64,000 nucleotides of DNA, from the NCBI RefSeq assembly GCF_018977255.1, contig NW_024704742.1, positions 65,474,001-65,538,000 on the forward strand, given 5' to 3'. Within the stretch, counting starts at the first letter, position 1; each line of letters begins with the position of its first letter. The position numbers and the translations under genes were made by a program. This document shows positions 24,093 through 37,400 of the stretch, piece after piece. A model generated the notes under the pieces. That model searched no databases. It saw nothing but the letters and a program-made list of their open reading frames with translations, and was not told the DNA's origin. The DNA comes from Callorhinchus milii. Its lineage: Eukaryota.

Positions 24093-24812
24093 GATCAGAT
24101 CACACTTAATTCCAGTGCTAAATTGCTTTTTCTATAATGATGGATTCTAGTAACATTTAATCACTAATGTTAAATTTACTGGCCTATAGTTAAGGGGCAT
24201 CCTCGTTATAATACAGTGGTTTAGATTCATAAACTCAGAGCCTTGTGTTGAAACAAACGTGACACTAAATGTGAAAATATTGGCTCTTTTCCCATTTACT
24301 GGGTCGTTGCTGATGTCATTTCCCGCATGCTGTGCACATAAACACAGCACAGGAAGCCCTATATTTGATTTGTTCCTTCCTGTCTTGAATAATGATTTTT
24401 ATAGTTGTTCTGATCGTCTCGTATTATCCACAAATGCAGAGAGTTTTTAAAGTATAACTAATTCCCTTATCTTTTTTTAATAAACATTCCTGGATGGAAT
24501 GTTTCAAGGCATGGAGACTTCTGTGTCTGCTTCCCTGCGGTACCATATGTTCTGCGAAGATTAACCCTGGTTCCTTTGTGGAACGCGATTCAGTCTAATT
24601 GGGTTTAAGGGGGGGGTGAGCTTGTACACCAACAAAAAAAATCATGTACTGTAAAGATTAATGCAAAATATTCATTTAGCATGGGTGTGAGAGTAGACGT
24701 TGGACCTCAGTGAAAGTTTGACCTTCCATTTTCACTACCTTGCTAAGGGAAAGCTTAATCTGATTCCTTCTGTAGTGAATTTGATGTGTGGAAAATCATC
24801 AGGTGTATAATA

Positions 24813-24910
24813 CAGGGTGATCAAAAAGTTGGGAAGCTACCCTATTATCTAAAAAATTTTTAAAGACTTATTAGGCATTGTAATAGTATCACAATTTTTT
24901 GGTCACCCTG
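24813..24910. mobile_element. Tc1/mariner-type MITE (98 bp) with TA target duplication
   Basis: TA|CAGGGTGATCAAAAAGTTG ... CAATTTTTTGGTCACCCTG|TA. Confidence 0.8.
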
Positions 24911-25360
24911 TACATGAATGTGCAGTACCACTTGTTACTTTAAGTGTAGTAAGTTCAATTCATGTTCAATAAAATGAAGAAAAAAATCTTCTTGTGTGGT
25001 ATGTAATCATGAATTGCCAGCTTTAATATTACTCTAATTGATTATATGGATTATTGGATATTTTTAGAGCACTTGTAATACTGTTTAAAAGTCACTGCCC
25101 TTAAAGTTTCCTTAATGTATGAACTCCTTTGTTGTTTATTGTTGAATTGTTAAGTGTTGTGTATAATTCGGTCAGGATATATATATTTAAAGCACTGGTC
25201 AAATTGATTTATGGTTTCTATGAATAATTTGCGGTAAGGAAATGCTAGTTTTTCTAGCCATTTTGTGCTTGTATTCTAAGTAAGGTCAAAGGACAAAACC
25301 AGAATACTGTTGGATCAGTAATTTGTTTTTTTTTTATTTGGTTAGTAACCTGGATGAGAG

Positions 25361-25496
25361 ATGGAGCACAGAGAGCCTTATAGTTATGTTGGACTGGATC
25401 TTTACCACAAGCACTTATCTACACATGCTCAGCAGATTATGAAAGCCATTCAATATGACCATAAAAGAATGCAAAACCCAGGAAAAGCCAAATACA
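25361..25496 (+). CDS. POLN: POLN first coding exon
   Basis: [30 protein letters not shown] resembles human [28 protein letters not shown]. Acceptor ttag| at 25345; donor ACA|gtgagt (phase 1). Confidence 0.85.
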
Positions 25497-28400
25497 GTGA
25501 GTGGTCACAAGAGGGCACTGTGGTTAACCAAATAGTTTTTCACCTGCAGAATGTATTTATTTCCTTTAGTCATTTTTGATTTTAAGCGGTTATTCCACCC
25601 CCGGAAAGAAATATCTGATTTCAATGAACTGCCACTGTATAACCCAAATCATTTTCCATCAATACACATTTATTCTAAATATTATTGGTTGGGTGTCAGG
25701 GTATAGTTCAATAATGCAAAAAAGATTATTATTTTTCTGCAATTGTTCTCTTAAACTAGTGAAACAAAGAACATTTGCCATAATCATCAATTTTTTTAAG
25801 CTGTTGGATTTTTATTTTGTTCTGACATGTAGAAACCCATATTTAAGAGTATCCAATCAGAGTTCCACATACCCATATCACCTATTGAAATTTCCCATTT
25901 GTCTGGAATGGAGTGTGCAATCTCCTTCTGGAGGGACAGACCCAAGTTACCTAATTCCAGAAAGTAATAGGCACAGGTTGGCAAAAGCCAAGGCTTAAGA
26001 ACTCCAAAATGTGAGTTGAGGTCCTGTTGGGAGTTTCATTAGCTACAGTTGGATAGCTTACCTTTGCGAGGTCTGTTCGGCAAGCTTCCCATTGCTTATC
26101 CAACCAAAAACATCCAACATGTTGGAGCTTTGGCTTGCAGGCATAACAGTAGCTGAGTGGGAAGAATGACTGTTTCCATTGATTTGATTATTTAATGAAA
26201 TCCTGTTTAAAATAAAATGTGGCTATGTTCAGCAATTGATTCAAATCTTTAATATCGAGAAACTATATCAGAATGAATAGATAAATACAGCTACACAAAT
26301 TACACTAAAAACAAGAGTGTTTAGTTGGATCTGCAGTTATTCAAATGTTACACATAAAATTATGTTATTAATCTACCACATGGTAGAAAATCTGAGTAAT
26401 TACAATACATGTATTGAACCACTCATTTAAACTCAATAGAAACAATCTGAAATCTATCAATATACTGTTATTTTGATTCTACAATGCATTTGACAGATTA
26501 AAAAACATTAAAATAATGATTGTTACTGGTAACTTAATTAGCCCCTGTACTAATACAGTACTGAGCAGTCATTTGGTTTAGTGCCTTATTACATTGAATC
26601 ATCTCAAAGTGCTTTGTACAGTGGGTTACTTTATAACTGCAGCTTATTTTAAGCAGCAGCTTCCCACAAGCAGTAAAAGCAATTTTTTTTGTGTGTGAAT
26701 TTTCGATGTGGAGGTATTATTGGACAGGTCATTCAGAAATCTCCCTACTCTTTGTCAAAATAGTGCTATGCGATCTCCAACACGCACTTGGATTACTTGG
26801 TAATGATTCCATGAAAATTATTTTTCAGCTGTTTATTTTCACTAATAGGTTTGCTCTATATTTGTGCTCTATATTTCAAGACCTTTGTGTTGTGAGCCTT
26901 TGTTAGATGTGCATCATATGTTTCATTTTTGGGTGTGTTAAAACATTTGACTGAAAAAATGCAGTTCCATTTTTTATAATAATAATCCTTGCATTTGATG
27001 AAGCGCCTTATCACGTGGTGGAGCACTTCATAGACAATATTATAAAGTGAATTGACTATATATTTTGTAAGCAAAACGCGGCAGCCAATTGCGCACAGCA
27101 GTGTCCCACAAACAGTCGTGGATTGAGTGACCAAATGTAAAAAAATTGAAGTCTCCAATTTCCAAAACATACGTGTCTTGTTTTTTAGACTTGCCCGCAG
27201 TATACCTACCATGTGCAAATGTTATTATTTGAACAGTGCACTGAACTAAAATTAGCTGAATGTAACGCAAGANTTTTTTTAGATCATTGGAACCATGATA
27301 TGGAGGAAATAACCACAGATGGATGTAACAGGAGGAAGACAGGAACAGGTGCAGTGCTTCAGGAGGTAGAATATTGGCAGAATGAAGAAAGGTGAGATGA
27401 CGTTTATTCACTTTTTTTTAATCAAACATAAGGTAAGGTTCAAATTGGACACATTAATTCTTGTTCACAAGCAAAATATTCAGTGTCTAGTTGACATGCC
27501 AATACAGAAAATATCACAATGACTCTGTGTCATATCTGGAAAATGCTTGGACTTCTAAATTGCTGCACTATTTTACTAAATGCTTTTATTGAAGCGTACG
27601 TAAATTCAAATAAATCTAAAACATGTGCTTTACTTGAAGCATATTGTTAAAATATATTTTTCTTAAATTTCTTTATGTCGTTTACAAAATACGGAGTCAT
27701 TATACTTTACAGGATATCCTTTGAGACGTCTCCCTGACGTGAAAAACTCTCCGACAAATGTAAGAGTTTTTTTTATTCCCTAGTCTTCCAAGTCTTCATC
27801 CAGGACCTTGCCCAAGTGGCCACTCTCACATGTGAGTTTTGACAAGTGTTGCTGTTCAACCACAGGAGACATCACAGGCAAGCAAGATGTCATTTGTTGC
27901 AGTATAAAATAGGGGGTACTGCAAAAGATCTTTGAAATGTAAATACATTAAGTTTAAACATTCTTGGGTTGGCTCTTGGATGGTGAATTGGACCACCTTA
28001 TGATTTTTAATGTTATCTTTAGAACCAGTTGACTCCTGGCTCTTTAACAGTGAGATGAAGGTTATTCATCTGTGGGTGGTATCACGGCCAGCCAAATCAT
28101 AGCCTTATCCAACATCAGCACACATATTCTGGATATTATCCCTGGCTGGTGTTTCTTACTCTCCTTAATCTAGGAATATTAAGATCAATTCCAGCCCCCG
28201 ACTGAAGTCGTGGCTCAGATTAATAAATCATCGCAACCCAGAATTCACACATACCTTTCTGTCAAGTGTGGCCTAGTGCTGTGGGGGTGGGTATTACCTG
28301 GGCCAATAGAGAAGTGCGGCCACATCTTTTCCGTGGAATCCGCTACAAACCCGCTTTAAATGAAGTTTCTGGCCCGCAGGCCGCTCGCTGGTTACTTGAC

Positions 28401-31400
28401 ATCACTGTGGGCGGGGTGGCCAAGCGGCAAATGAGCTTCACTGAGAATCCCCACTGTTGGTGATTGTGTGTATCTGTGTTTCTCTAAGTGTCTGTCTCTC
28501 TCTGAGTTTGTGAGTGTCTGTGTGAGTGTGTCTCTCTCCTCTGTGTGTTTGTGAGTGTCTGTGTGAGTGTGTCTGTGTGTCTTTCTCCTCTGTATGCATG
28601 TTTGTGAGTGTGTCTCTTCTATTTGTGGAGTCCTGTAGTTCAGTGGTTAGAGCATTCGCTTTACAAGCGAGAGACCTGAGTTCAATTCCAGGCAGGTCAG
28701 GGCGAAACCTTGGGCAAGTTTCCTTACTCCACACACCTAATAATAATCCCATCAAAAAAAAAACAATAATAAATTGGTCATTTTCAATCTACGACTGTTT
28801 GTGGGACATTGCTGTGCGCAATTGGCTGCCGCGTTCGCCCACAAATATACAGTCAATTCACTTTACAGTATGTTCTGTGAAGCGTTTTGGGACGTCCTCC
28901 CGATGTGAAAAGCACTATATCAAATGCAAGGATTATTATTATTATTATTATATGTTTGTGTGTTTCTGGGTGTCTCTGTATGAATGTATGTATGTGTGTC
29001 TCTCTGTCTGTCTGTGTGTATATATCTTTGTGTCTATGAGTGTCTTTCTCTGTCTCTCTCTGAGGATGTGTGTCTCTCTGTGTCTATGAGTGAGTGTCTC
29101 TCTCTGGGTCTATGTGCAGTACAGGCCCTGGGAGGTAGGAGGTGGTGAGCTCCTGTAGCCTTGCTGGTGACCCCCCTACCCACCCAAAAAAAAGGGCCAA
29201 CCCAGTTTATGTTAAAGAAGTAATTAATATTTTTTTTGCAACAATCTAATACGTGTTATTTCCTTATGTTTAGTTTGTAACAATAAAGTGAAAAAAATGA
29301 GGTTGTTAGTAAAATGTACCTCAATAGCACCAATCAACCCCCTGCAATTTTCTGCAAAATTTTTCAAAAATGGCCCCACAGCTTCCCAGGGGATTTTCAA
29401 ACCTCCCCGCATTTTTTAGCAAATATTTCTGCACTTTTCTATTTGATCCAGAGTATTACCCACTAAAGTCAAGTATCAGGGTAGCCCATTGTGCGTTTTA
29501 AATATAATACATATTTATTGTGATAATATAGTATTTGATATAGCATGTCTTCTAGACCTCTCAAAGCGCTTCACAGAATATGCTGTAAAGTGAATTGACT
29601 GTATGTATTTATGGGCGAAACGCGGCAGCCAATTGTGCACAGCAATGTCCCACAAACAGATGTGGTTTGAAAATGACCAATTTATTATTGTTTTTGGTTT
29701 ATGGAGGGTTTATTATTAGGCGTGTGGAGTAAGGAAACTTGCCCAAGGTTTCACCCTGCCTGGAATTGAACCCAGGTGTCTTACTTGCAAGGCGAGTGCT
29801 CTAACCACTGAGCTACAGGACTCCACCTTCCACGCGATGGAAGTACAATATAGTATAGTGTGAATTTCAGAATATTTTTTTTCCTTAGGTTTGCAGAAAT
29901 GAAGAATTAAGGGAAAACTGTTTAGTGAAAATGTTGTCGTGTATAAAATGTTATTTATAGTTTGTGCTTTGATAGGAAACTTAATGGTATTCTTATCTGT
30001 CAGCTTTCTAAATTAGGTTTTCATTGACAGCAAACACACACTGTTAGCCAGTGGAAGGTAACACGCATTGGGATGACCTAAGGCATAAATAATATGAATA
30101 AAGAATGCACATTTTAATTTCTCTAAAGTCTCTTCATCATTTGTGAGGTAGAGAAATGAGTTGTTGGGGCACCTCATCTATAATTTATGGTTTCTTCAAA
30201 TACTGACAGCATCAATAACAGCCATTAGCCATTATCTGTTGTAATCTGCAACAACAGTTTTAGATTTATAAGTCTTATTTCTGATCTGCTTTAGTTGAAA
30301 ATCCACATACCTCAAATTATCATTTTAATAAGATGGGCAATCTGGTGAGTCATTGGCTTCCCATTGCTATATGTTCTGCTCAGCATGTACTTGTACCTGT
30401 GCTTTTGCTATAATTCTGACGAGCCTATGAGTGGCTGATTTGGAAAAACAACAATTGACATTTGTAAAGAACCTTTCACATTGGGAGGATGTGTTAAAAC
30501 ATTTCATACAGCTGATTGGGAATCCGAGTGGATGATGGGGGTAAGAAGATGTGGGGGTGTGGGTAAGAATATTGGGGAGGGTAAGAAGATAGGGGGATAA
30601 GAAGATGGGAGGGGTTAAGTCGTTGGGGGTAAGAAAATCGGGGGGTAAGAAGGTTTGGTAGGTAAGAAGATGGGGATAAGAAGATTGGGGGGGTTAAGAA
30701 GATTGGGGTGGGTAAGAAGATTGGGGCGGAGGGAAAAGTGATCGATAGCACAATTGAAAAGATAGTTCTTAAAGTGGGATGGTCCATCCAAAACGTTTGC
30801 ATGATTAGCAAATTGTTGTTATGAATGTAGTGTAGGTTGCATATGTAACAATAATAATTCTTGCATTTGATATAGTGCCTTATCACATATGCGCATATAT
30901 ATACACAGTGCACTTTAGTTGTGGTTATCAATTTCATCAACTCCATTTTTGATCATTATAATGGGACCTTGGTTTTGAGAACTGATCATCGTACATAAAG
31001 GAAAACAAAGAACAGTAATGATTAAAGACCACTGAATATAAATATAAACTGAAAGGAAGTTTTTTTTCTTCTGTTCCCATATCAAAGGTAAAGTTTAAAC
31101 TCATAGCCCTTCCAGATTTTCAGTTGTATTTTAACTGACAGCATCAATAAAAGCCATTGTACATTATGTGTTAACTAAGTCTGAACCCATTATGCGGTTT
31201 GAACCTGTATGCAGAAATTGTGTTACAGTATTAATACCTTTCTTGTGACTGTTGACATGTTGTCCATTGCACAATATGGATTGTATCAATAGGGATACAC
31301 CCGGCTGACAAGAAAAAAAACTCTAGGGATGTTGAAATAGAGATAGACAGATACTTGGGTCGTATAGAGGAATAAAAGGATATAGCAAAAGTGCGGGTCA

Positions 31401-34400
31401 TGGGATTTAACAATCTGCCAAAATCAAATAAACTGGTGGAACAGCTCAATGGTTGTTTGATCCCCTCCTGTTTCATATGTTCCCATGTTGTTGGACTAGG
31501 CATGATACATCAGCAGTCCACAGTTGTCTTATTTGTAAGAACTCAGGCACAAAGAACAAAAATGATTTTTGCCCAATTTATATGATGCAACTTATTCAGT
31601 GTTACCCACTATGCTTTTCTACAAAAAACATAGCCTCTTGCAAATTTGTTTCAATGGAAATTATCCCAGACTTAATGTGAAGCATATGTTATCCTGTTTC
31701 AACCTGTAAATGGCTCAGAGCCACTAAATCAATGTGCATTATAGTAGCTGGCATTATTCATTGTTTTCTCATCAGGAGGTATCAGCAGTGTCAATATGTT
31801 TGTGCTTGTGTGGATGTGCACTAGTGTCAGTGTGGGTTTATCAAACCTGTCTTAAAACAAAATAGAATTTAGAGTACAGTTATGAAATTCTGATAAATGT
31901 ATGTTCTATATTTGAGCTATATTATTATATATTATTCAACTGATGTTACAACACCCTTCATAAGAAATTTATACATTTTGTTTTTTATTTTGTCCCAGCA
32001 GAACACAGAAACGTTTAAAACTGAACAGGTGTACTTCATTCTTTACATTTTGCCTCGCTCATGACATCCATTGAGTGGCATTTGTGCTGAACTGGCTGAC
32101 TTCTAAATCTCTTAAGTCATTAGGTCACCATCAATGTCACTTCCAACTTTGCACCTGTGTATCAAACAGCAAGATGGCAGTGATTCAATAATAATAATCC
32201 TTGCTTTTGATAAAGCTCCTTAACATGTCGTTGAGATGTCTCAAAGCACTTTACAGGAGATATTAAAAGTGATGTGACTCTATTTTGTTAATAAATGCAG
32301 CAAACAATTTTCGAGCAGCAATGTTCCATGCAGTTTTATTTGGGGGAATGTTGAGCAAGACACCGGATATAATCACAGCCTCTCTGATCTCAATCCCTCC
32401 AGAATAAGCACATCATTTGGAGTGCTATTTTTACTCCTAATACATTAAATTTGCTCTAAAAAGTGTATTTATGATTATATACTGGATACAAATGCAATAC
32501 TCTGTCATTTGCTTTCTTCATTTCATATTTCAGTTTAAATTTAATAGCACTATGGCAAGTCCGCAGGACTCCAGGGCACTGCTGATGACAGCACAGTCAG
32601 GTTGGCTCTTCAGCAGGATTTAGAAGGTCAGACCAGCACTCAGCTCCTATTAACCCTGCAGGCCAACACCCTAACGGGTAGGATGGTCCTAGCTGGACAA
32701 GCAGTGGGAAAGCTTGCTAGACAGCGCTATCAATGGCAAGCTATGTAGTTTTAGCTGGTTGGACTCCAGCAAGCTCTTGCCAACCTATGTCTAATATTTT
32801 CTGAAATTAGGTGAGCTGGGTGCGTCCCTCCACAGAGAGAGTGCACATTCCATCCCAACAAATATCTCTGTAATTTCCGTGTATAGGTAGGATGCATGTT
32901 TGATTTGGGTACTCTTAAGGGTTGGTGATGGGTTCCAAACAGAAGCTTTCTTAAAATACATAGTAAAATATATATGTTAGTTAGGTAAGGTACTCAAAGA
33001 TCTTAGCTTCTTTGACATCAAAACAATGCATTGGAATTCAAGAAAATGCTCGCTTATAAGTGTCTAGTCAGTGATTCAGTGGGTAAATGAATAGCAGCAC
33101 TGAGCCATACACACCAGCAGGAAGTTCTCGGGTTTGATTTCTAGTCTGTGCTGATCTCAATTATGGAGGCTGCAGGAGTGTTACAATTGATCTTAATGTT
33201 TCTAAGTTAAAGCGGTGAAAAACTAGCCTGTGCCTTGCTCTTAATTCCTAACTATTGATTTATGCTGTTAAGTGAGCATGTGGACTCCGGGTAAGGATAC
33301 AGATGGGATTGGCTTTGATGCCTGCCCCATCTAACAATTGAATAGCCTGCTGACATTTGCTCTCTAGGCTCACATATAATTTAATAATCATAATAATCCT
33401 TTCATTTGATATAGGGTCTTATCATGTTGTGGAGATACTTCAAAGCACTTCAAAGGATATTATGTAAAGTGGTGTGACTGTGGGCTAGCATGCTATTGTA
33501 TGGCTATGAAATACAGTGATAAAAATGTATAATAAAATTTCAGGAAAATTTGTGTCATGACTTATACAAGGATAATTTTAATTTAAATATTACGGATGAT
33601 ATAATACAACAAATTGTTTAGAAGTGCTTTCTCAGTTAAACAAACGTCATTGCTTTCCACATCAATGACAGCCAGTATTAGATTTTACATTACTTAAAGG
33701 AATGATTCAGCAAGTTGAGAGATTGCAAATGCTGCTCTGTTCTCGTGAACAGTTTTAGCAGACTTTGGAGCAAAGCAAAGCATTGAATTCCAATTACCAA
33801 TACCCTGCAAGGCAAAATTGTAAATGCTGTAGCCCAGAGGGAGTCTTACTTCCGTCTACAAGGTCCACATAACAGATGAAACATTTTACTGTTGGTGGCA
33901 TTGCTTAGTGAAGAAACAAAAATAATGAGCAGTTTATTATAAATTTACTATAAGATTGATTGCAAGTGGTGCAAGTTTAAAAAGTGATGGTAGCAGGGTT
34001 TCTGCTTAGGTTTTGTAGGAATATAGGGACCCAAGCGTAGTTATCACTGGGTTGTGATTGTCGAGCTGATTGTTTAATTTGCATTCTTATAATAATCATT
34101 GTATTGGTATAGCGACTGTGTATTTTGTGGGCAAAAGGCGGTAGCAGTTAGGGTTCAGCAATGTCCCACGAAAGGCCGTGCAGTGATTGACCAATTTTAT
34201 TTGGGTAATTTTGTTGGACAGGACCCCGGGAGAAACTCCCTTCTCTTTTCTAACAGTGCCATTGGATCTTTAACGTCCACATGAACAGGCAGACGGGATC
34301 TCAGTTTAACAATTTATCTGAAGAACAATGCAATGCTCTGACAATGCAACACCCCCCCAGCATTGCATTGGAGTGCACGGTTCTCTTTGACCGTGCCTTC

Positions 34401-37400
34401 AGCTCCCCTCTCGACTCTCTTCCTCCTCCTCGCTCCCTCCCTTCCCTCCCCTCACCCTGACCATTTCCCCCCAACTCTCTCCCTCCCTTCCCTCCCCTCA
34501 CCCTGACCATTTCCCCCCTGCTCGGGTCATGACCCAACTGTGCAGTGCCTTGGGACGTCCTCCTGACGTGAAAGGCGCTCTATAAATGGAATCTTGTTGT
34601 TGTTGTTGTTGTTGGAGTGTCATCTTAGACATTGTAATTCCAAGTCCCAATGTGGGGTTTGATCGCAGAACCTTTGACCCAGAGGTGAGAGCTAGTCTGA
34701 CACACAGTATGCCAAGAATTGCTGAGTTATTTTGCATTTAGCTTGTACAGGAGTGGTTATCCACTTACAGAATATTACAGGCTATTCGGCCCTTCAAATC
34801 TCAACTGGTGTTTTTCACTAGATGAACTGCTTAGTCTAATCCCATTCTTCAGTTTGCACCCTAATACCGTTTAGTAATTTATTTTTGAAGCATCTATCTA
34901 ATTCACTTTTAAAATAATTTGGACTCTGCTTCAACAAGAGTTTATAAGAAAATTCCAGATATCAACCACCCGCTGTAAAATTTGAAATGTTTTTCAATGC
35001 TCCTGGTGCTGGTTCCAAAATGTTTGATAGCTATCATAGCATGAACACTTGTCTGCAGGTAAGTGAAGTTGTGGCTTGTTTGGCCATCATGTAATTTCTT
35101 GTTGGGGTAACTAATTTTTTTTGCTTAATATTTGTCATCTGGGCTTGATCAATCGAAGAAGGGTCAATTCTACCCTCTCTCAGGTGAGGATGGGTGATAG
35201 GGTCATGGAGCCAGGTGCGGGAAATGACACGGGCTGCACAAATTCACAAGTTCACAAATTGTACCTCATTATTTCTGATTTTTCCCTTTTATGTTGATTT
35301 ATGATCATCTTTAGTTTGTCCTTCTCTTTTTATCAAATTATGAAATTTTTTTATTATTAAGGCAAGACAAAATAATGGTGGAACTGACACATGTTTGTGC
35401 CTAGAGTTTGGCAAGCAGCAAGCAAAATATTTTAGCAAAATTGTGCATTACATGAAAGAAAGATAGTTCCCTGCTTTTGGCAATATGAGGTTCAACATTA
35501 ATGAGCACTCTCACATGTCTCAAATACTCAGGTGTTGTTTGCAGGGACATTTATCTTGCTCTTAGGCACCTGAATCTTTATGCCCAAATTGCATTGCCAT
35601 TTCCGTCGGAGCTATCAAAAACATTATCTTATTTTACCCAGCAAAAAAAAAGGTCTACAAAATGTAGGGTTTTTATACTTTCAGTATTATGTATTTATTA
35701 CTAGTTATTAATCTGTGATCTCCATTTTAGAATTCAACTGAGATACCCTTCCAGAATGGAGGAAACTGAAAAATGTAGGATGTTTCCTGAACAGAAATCT
35801 TTAGTGTCTGGTAAAGTGGACAAAGTGGTTGGAAGTGCAGAAAATGAACAACTTCAGGTGTCTTCTAATAGTCCTAATTTCTGGGAAAGTAAATCGGAGG
35901 AAGTCTTATGCAGGTATTATATGTAGATAAGTATAAGAACATATTATTCCACCCATCAGGCCCACTCACAATAACTGTTACTCTGGCCAATAGTTCTATC
36001 ACAGTAGAGTGAGCTATCTAGACATGACACCCCATGAGGAGAAACTGATACACTACTCCACCATGGTGTTCTAATATCTCAGTCTATAGTAACCCTACTG
36101 CCTGTTATAGGATGTCCTGTGAGTTGTACATCTATGTACCCTCTGCAGGCTTGAGGGACATCTCCCCTTCTTTATTAATAATAATAATAATATTGACCGC
36201 CACACCTATGTTCTTGGATTTAATACTCTGTACTATTCCCTTCTCTATGTGATGATCCTTCAAAACCCTCGGGCAAGTTTCCTTACTCCACACGCCTAAT
36301 AATAATCCCTCCAAAAAAACAAAACAATAATAAATTGGTCATTTTCAATCCATGACTGTTTGTGGGACGCTGCTGTGCGCAATTGGCTGCCGCGTTTCGC
36401 CCACAAATATACAGTCAATTCACATTTACAGCATAATCTGTGAAGCGCTTTGAGACGTCTAAAAGACATGAAAAACGCTATATCAGATGCAAGGATTATT
36501 ATTACTTGTGTTATATTAAACTTACACACTCCAGGTCTGACCTGGACTTAAACAGTTCCCAATGGATCTTCTCAGTTCCTTTTTAATGGCCGTTACCAAG
36601 ACTTTAATGGGCTAAACTGACCTTTTTCTCTACATTTCATTGAGGAATTTAAATCTAGATACGCTAATGAAACAGAATTGATTTACATAAAATATGCAAC
36701 TATATGTGAAGAAATGTAGTTTCATTAAAATTTTGGAAAACAATGTGAAAAACCTGGCTATCTCAATTTGTGACTAGAGCTAAAGTCACATTCCAGGCAT
36801 TTGTGTTTTTTTGGCAGAGAAGATTTGAAGTGTGTCCAACTTCAATCTTTGATTGTGACAAGGCAACAGATTAACATACCTGTATCTCACACAAGATTTT
36901 ATAGTGAGAATCAGGCAGCAAGGAGTTATGAAGATAGATTTGTCAACTCATTGCAGTCCTATCAGGATACAGCAGTGAATTTCCAAGTGGTCAAGCAGCA
37001 GGAACCTAGAGGTAGGTCTGTACACAATCGTGTTCTAGCTTCTTGGTATAAATTTTGTTCTTTATTTCCTTGCTTCTTTCTTAAAATTACAATTCTAGGA
37101 CTGAAAAAAATTAAAGACAAAAATTATTAACTGCTCCCTAACCATTTATCCAATCAGAAATGAGATGGTACAAGTTTAAGATGATCACTAAGAGAATTAA
37201 ATAGGAGATTAGAAAACATTTATTTTCACAAGCAGATGTTTGAAAATGTGGAATTTTATGTCACAAATCATATTTAAGGCAGAATCCATAAATTCCTTTT
37301 ACAACAACTCCACTTTTTTTACAACATCTTCACATCTCTGTATGCACTCTGAGACACTATATAAATATAACTTGTTCTGACTGGATTGAAATCAAAATTT

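Noticed and set aside
30536..30731. CRISPR-like or telomeric array
   Set aside because: Degenerate tandem minisatellite with no unique spacers and no TTAGGG units, in a eukaryotic context.
31231..31585. Duplicated ORFs (also 598-783) suggesting a gene
   Set aside because: Shared only because of the segmental copy. The + strand VMGFNNLP resembles a decayed CR1 endonuclease (VMGDFNLP).
33700..33862. Possible additional POLN exon after ttaaag|
   Set aside because: Stop codons in all three frames.
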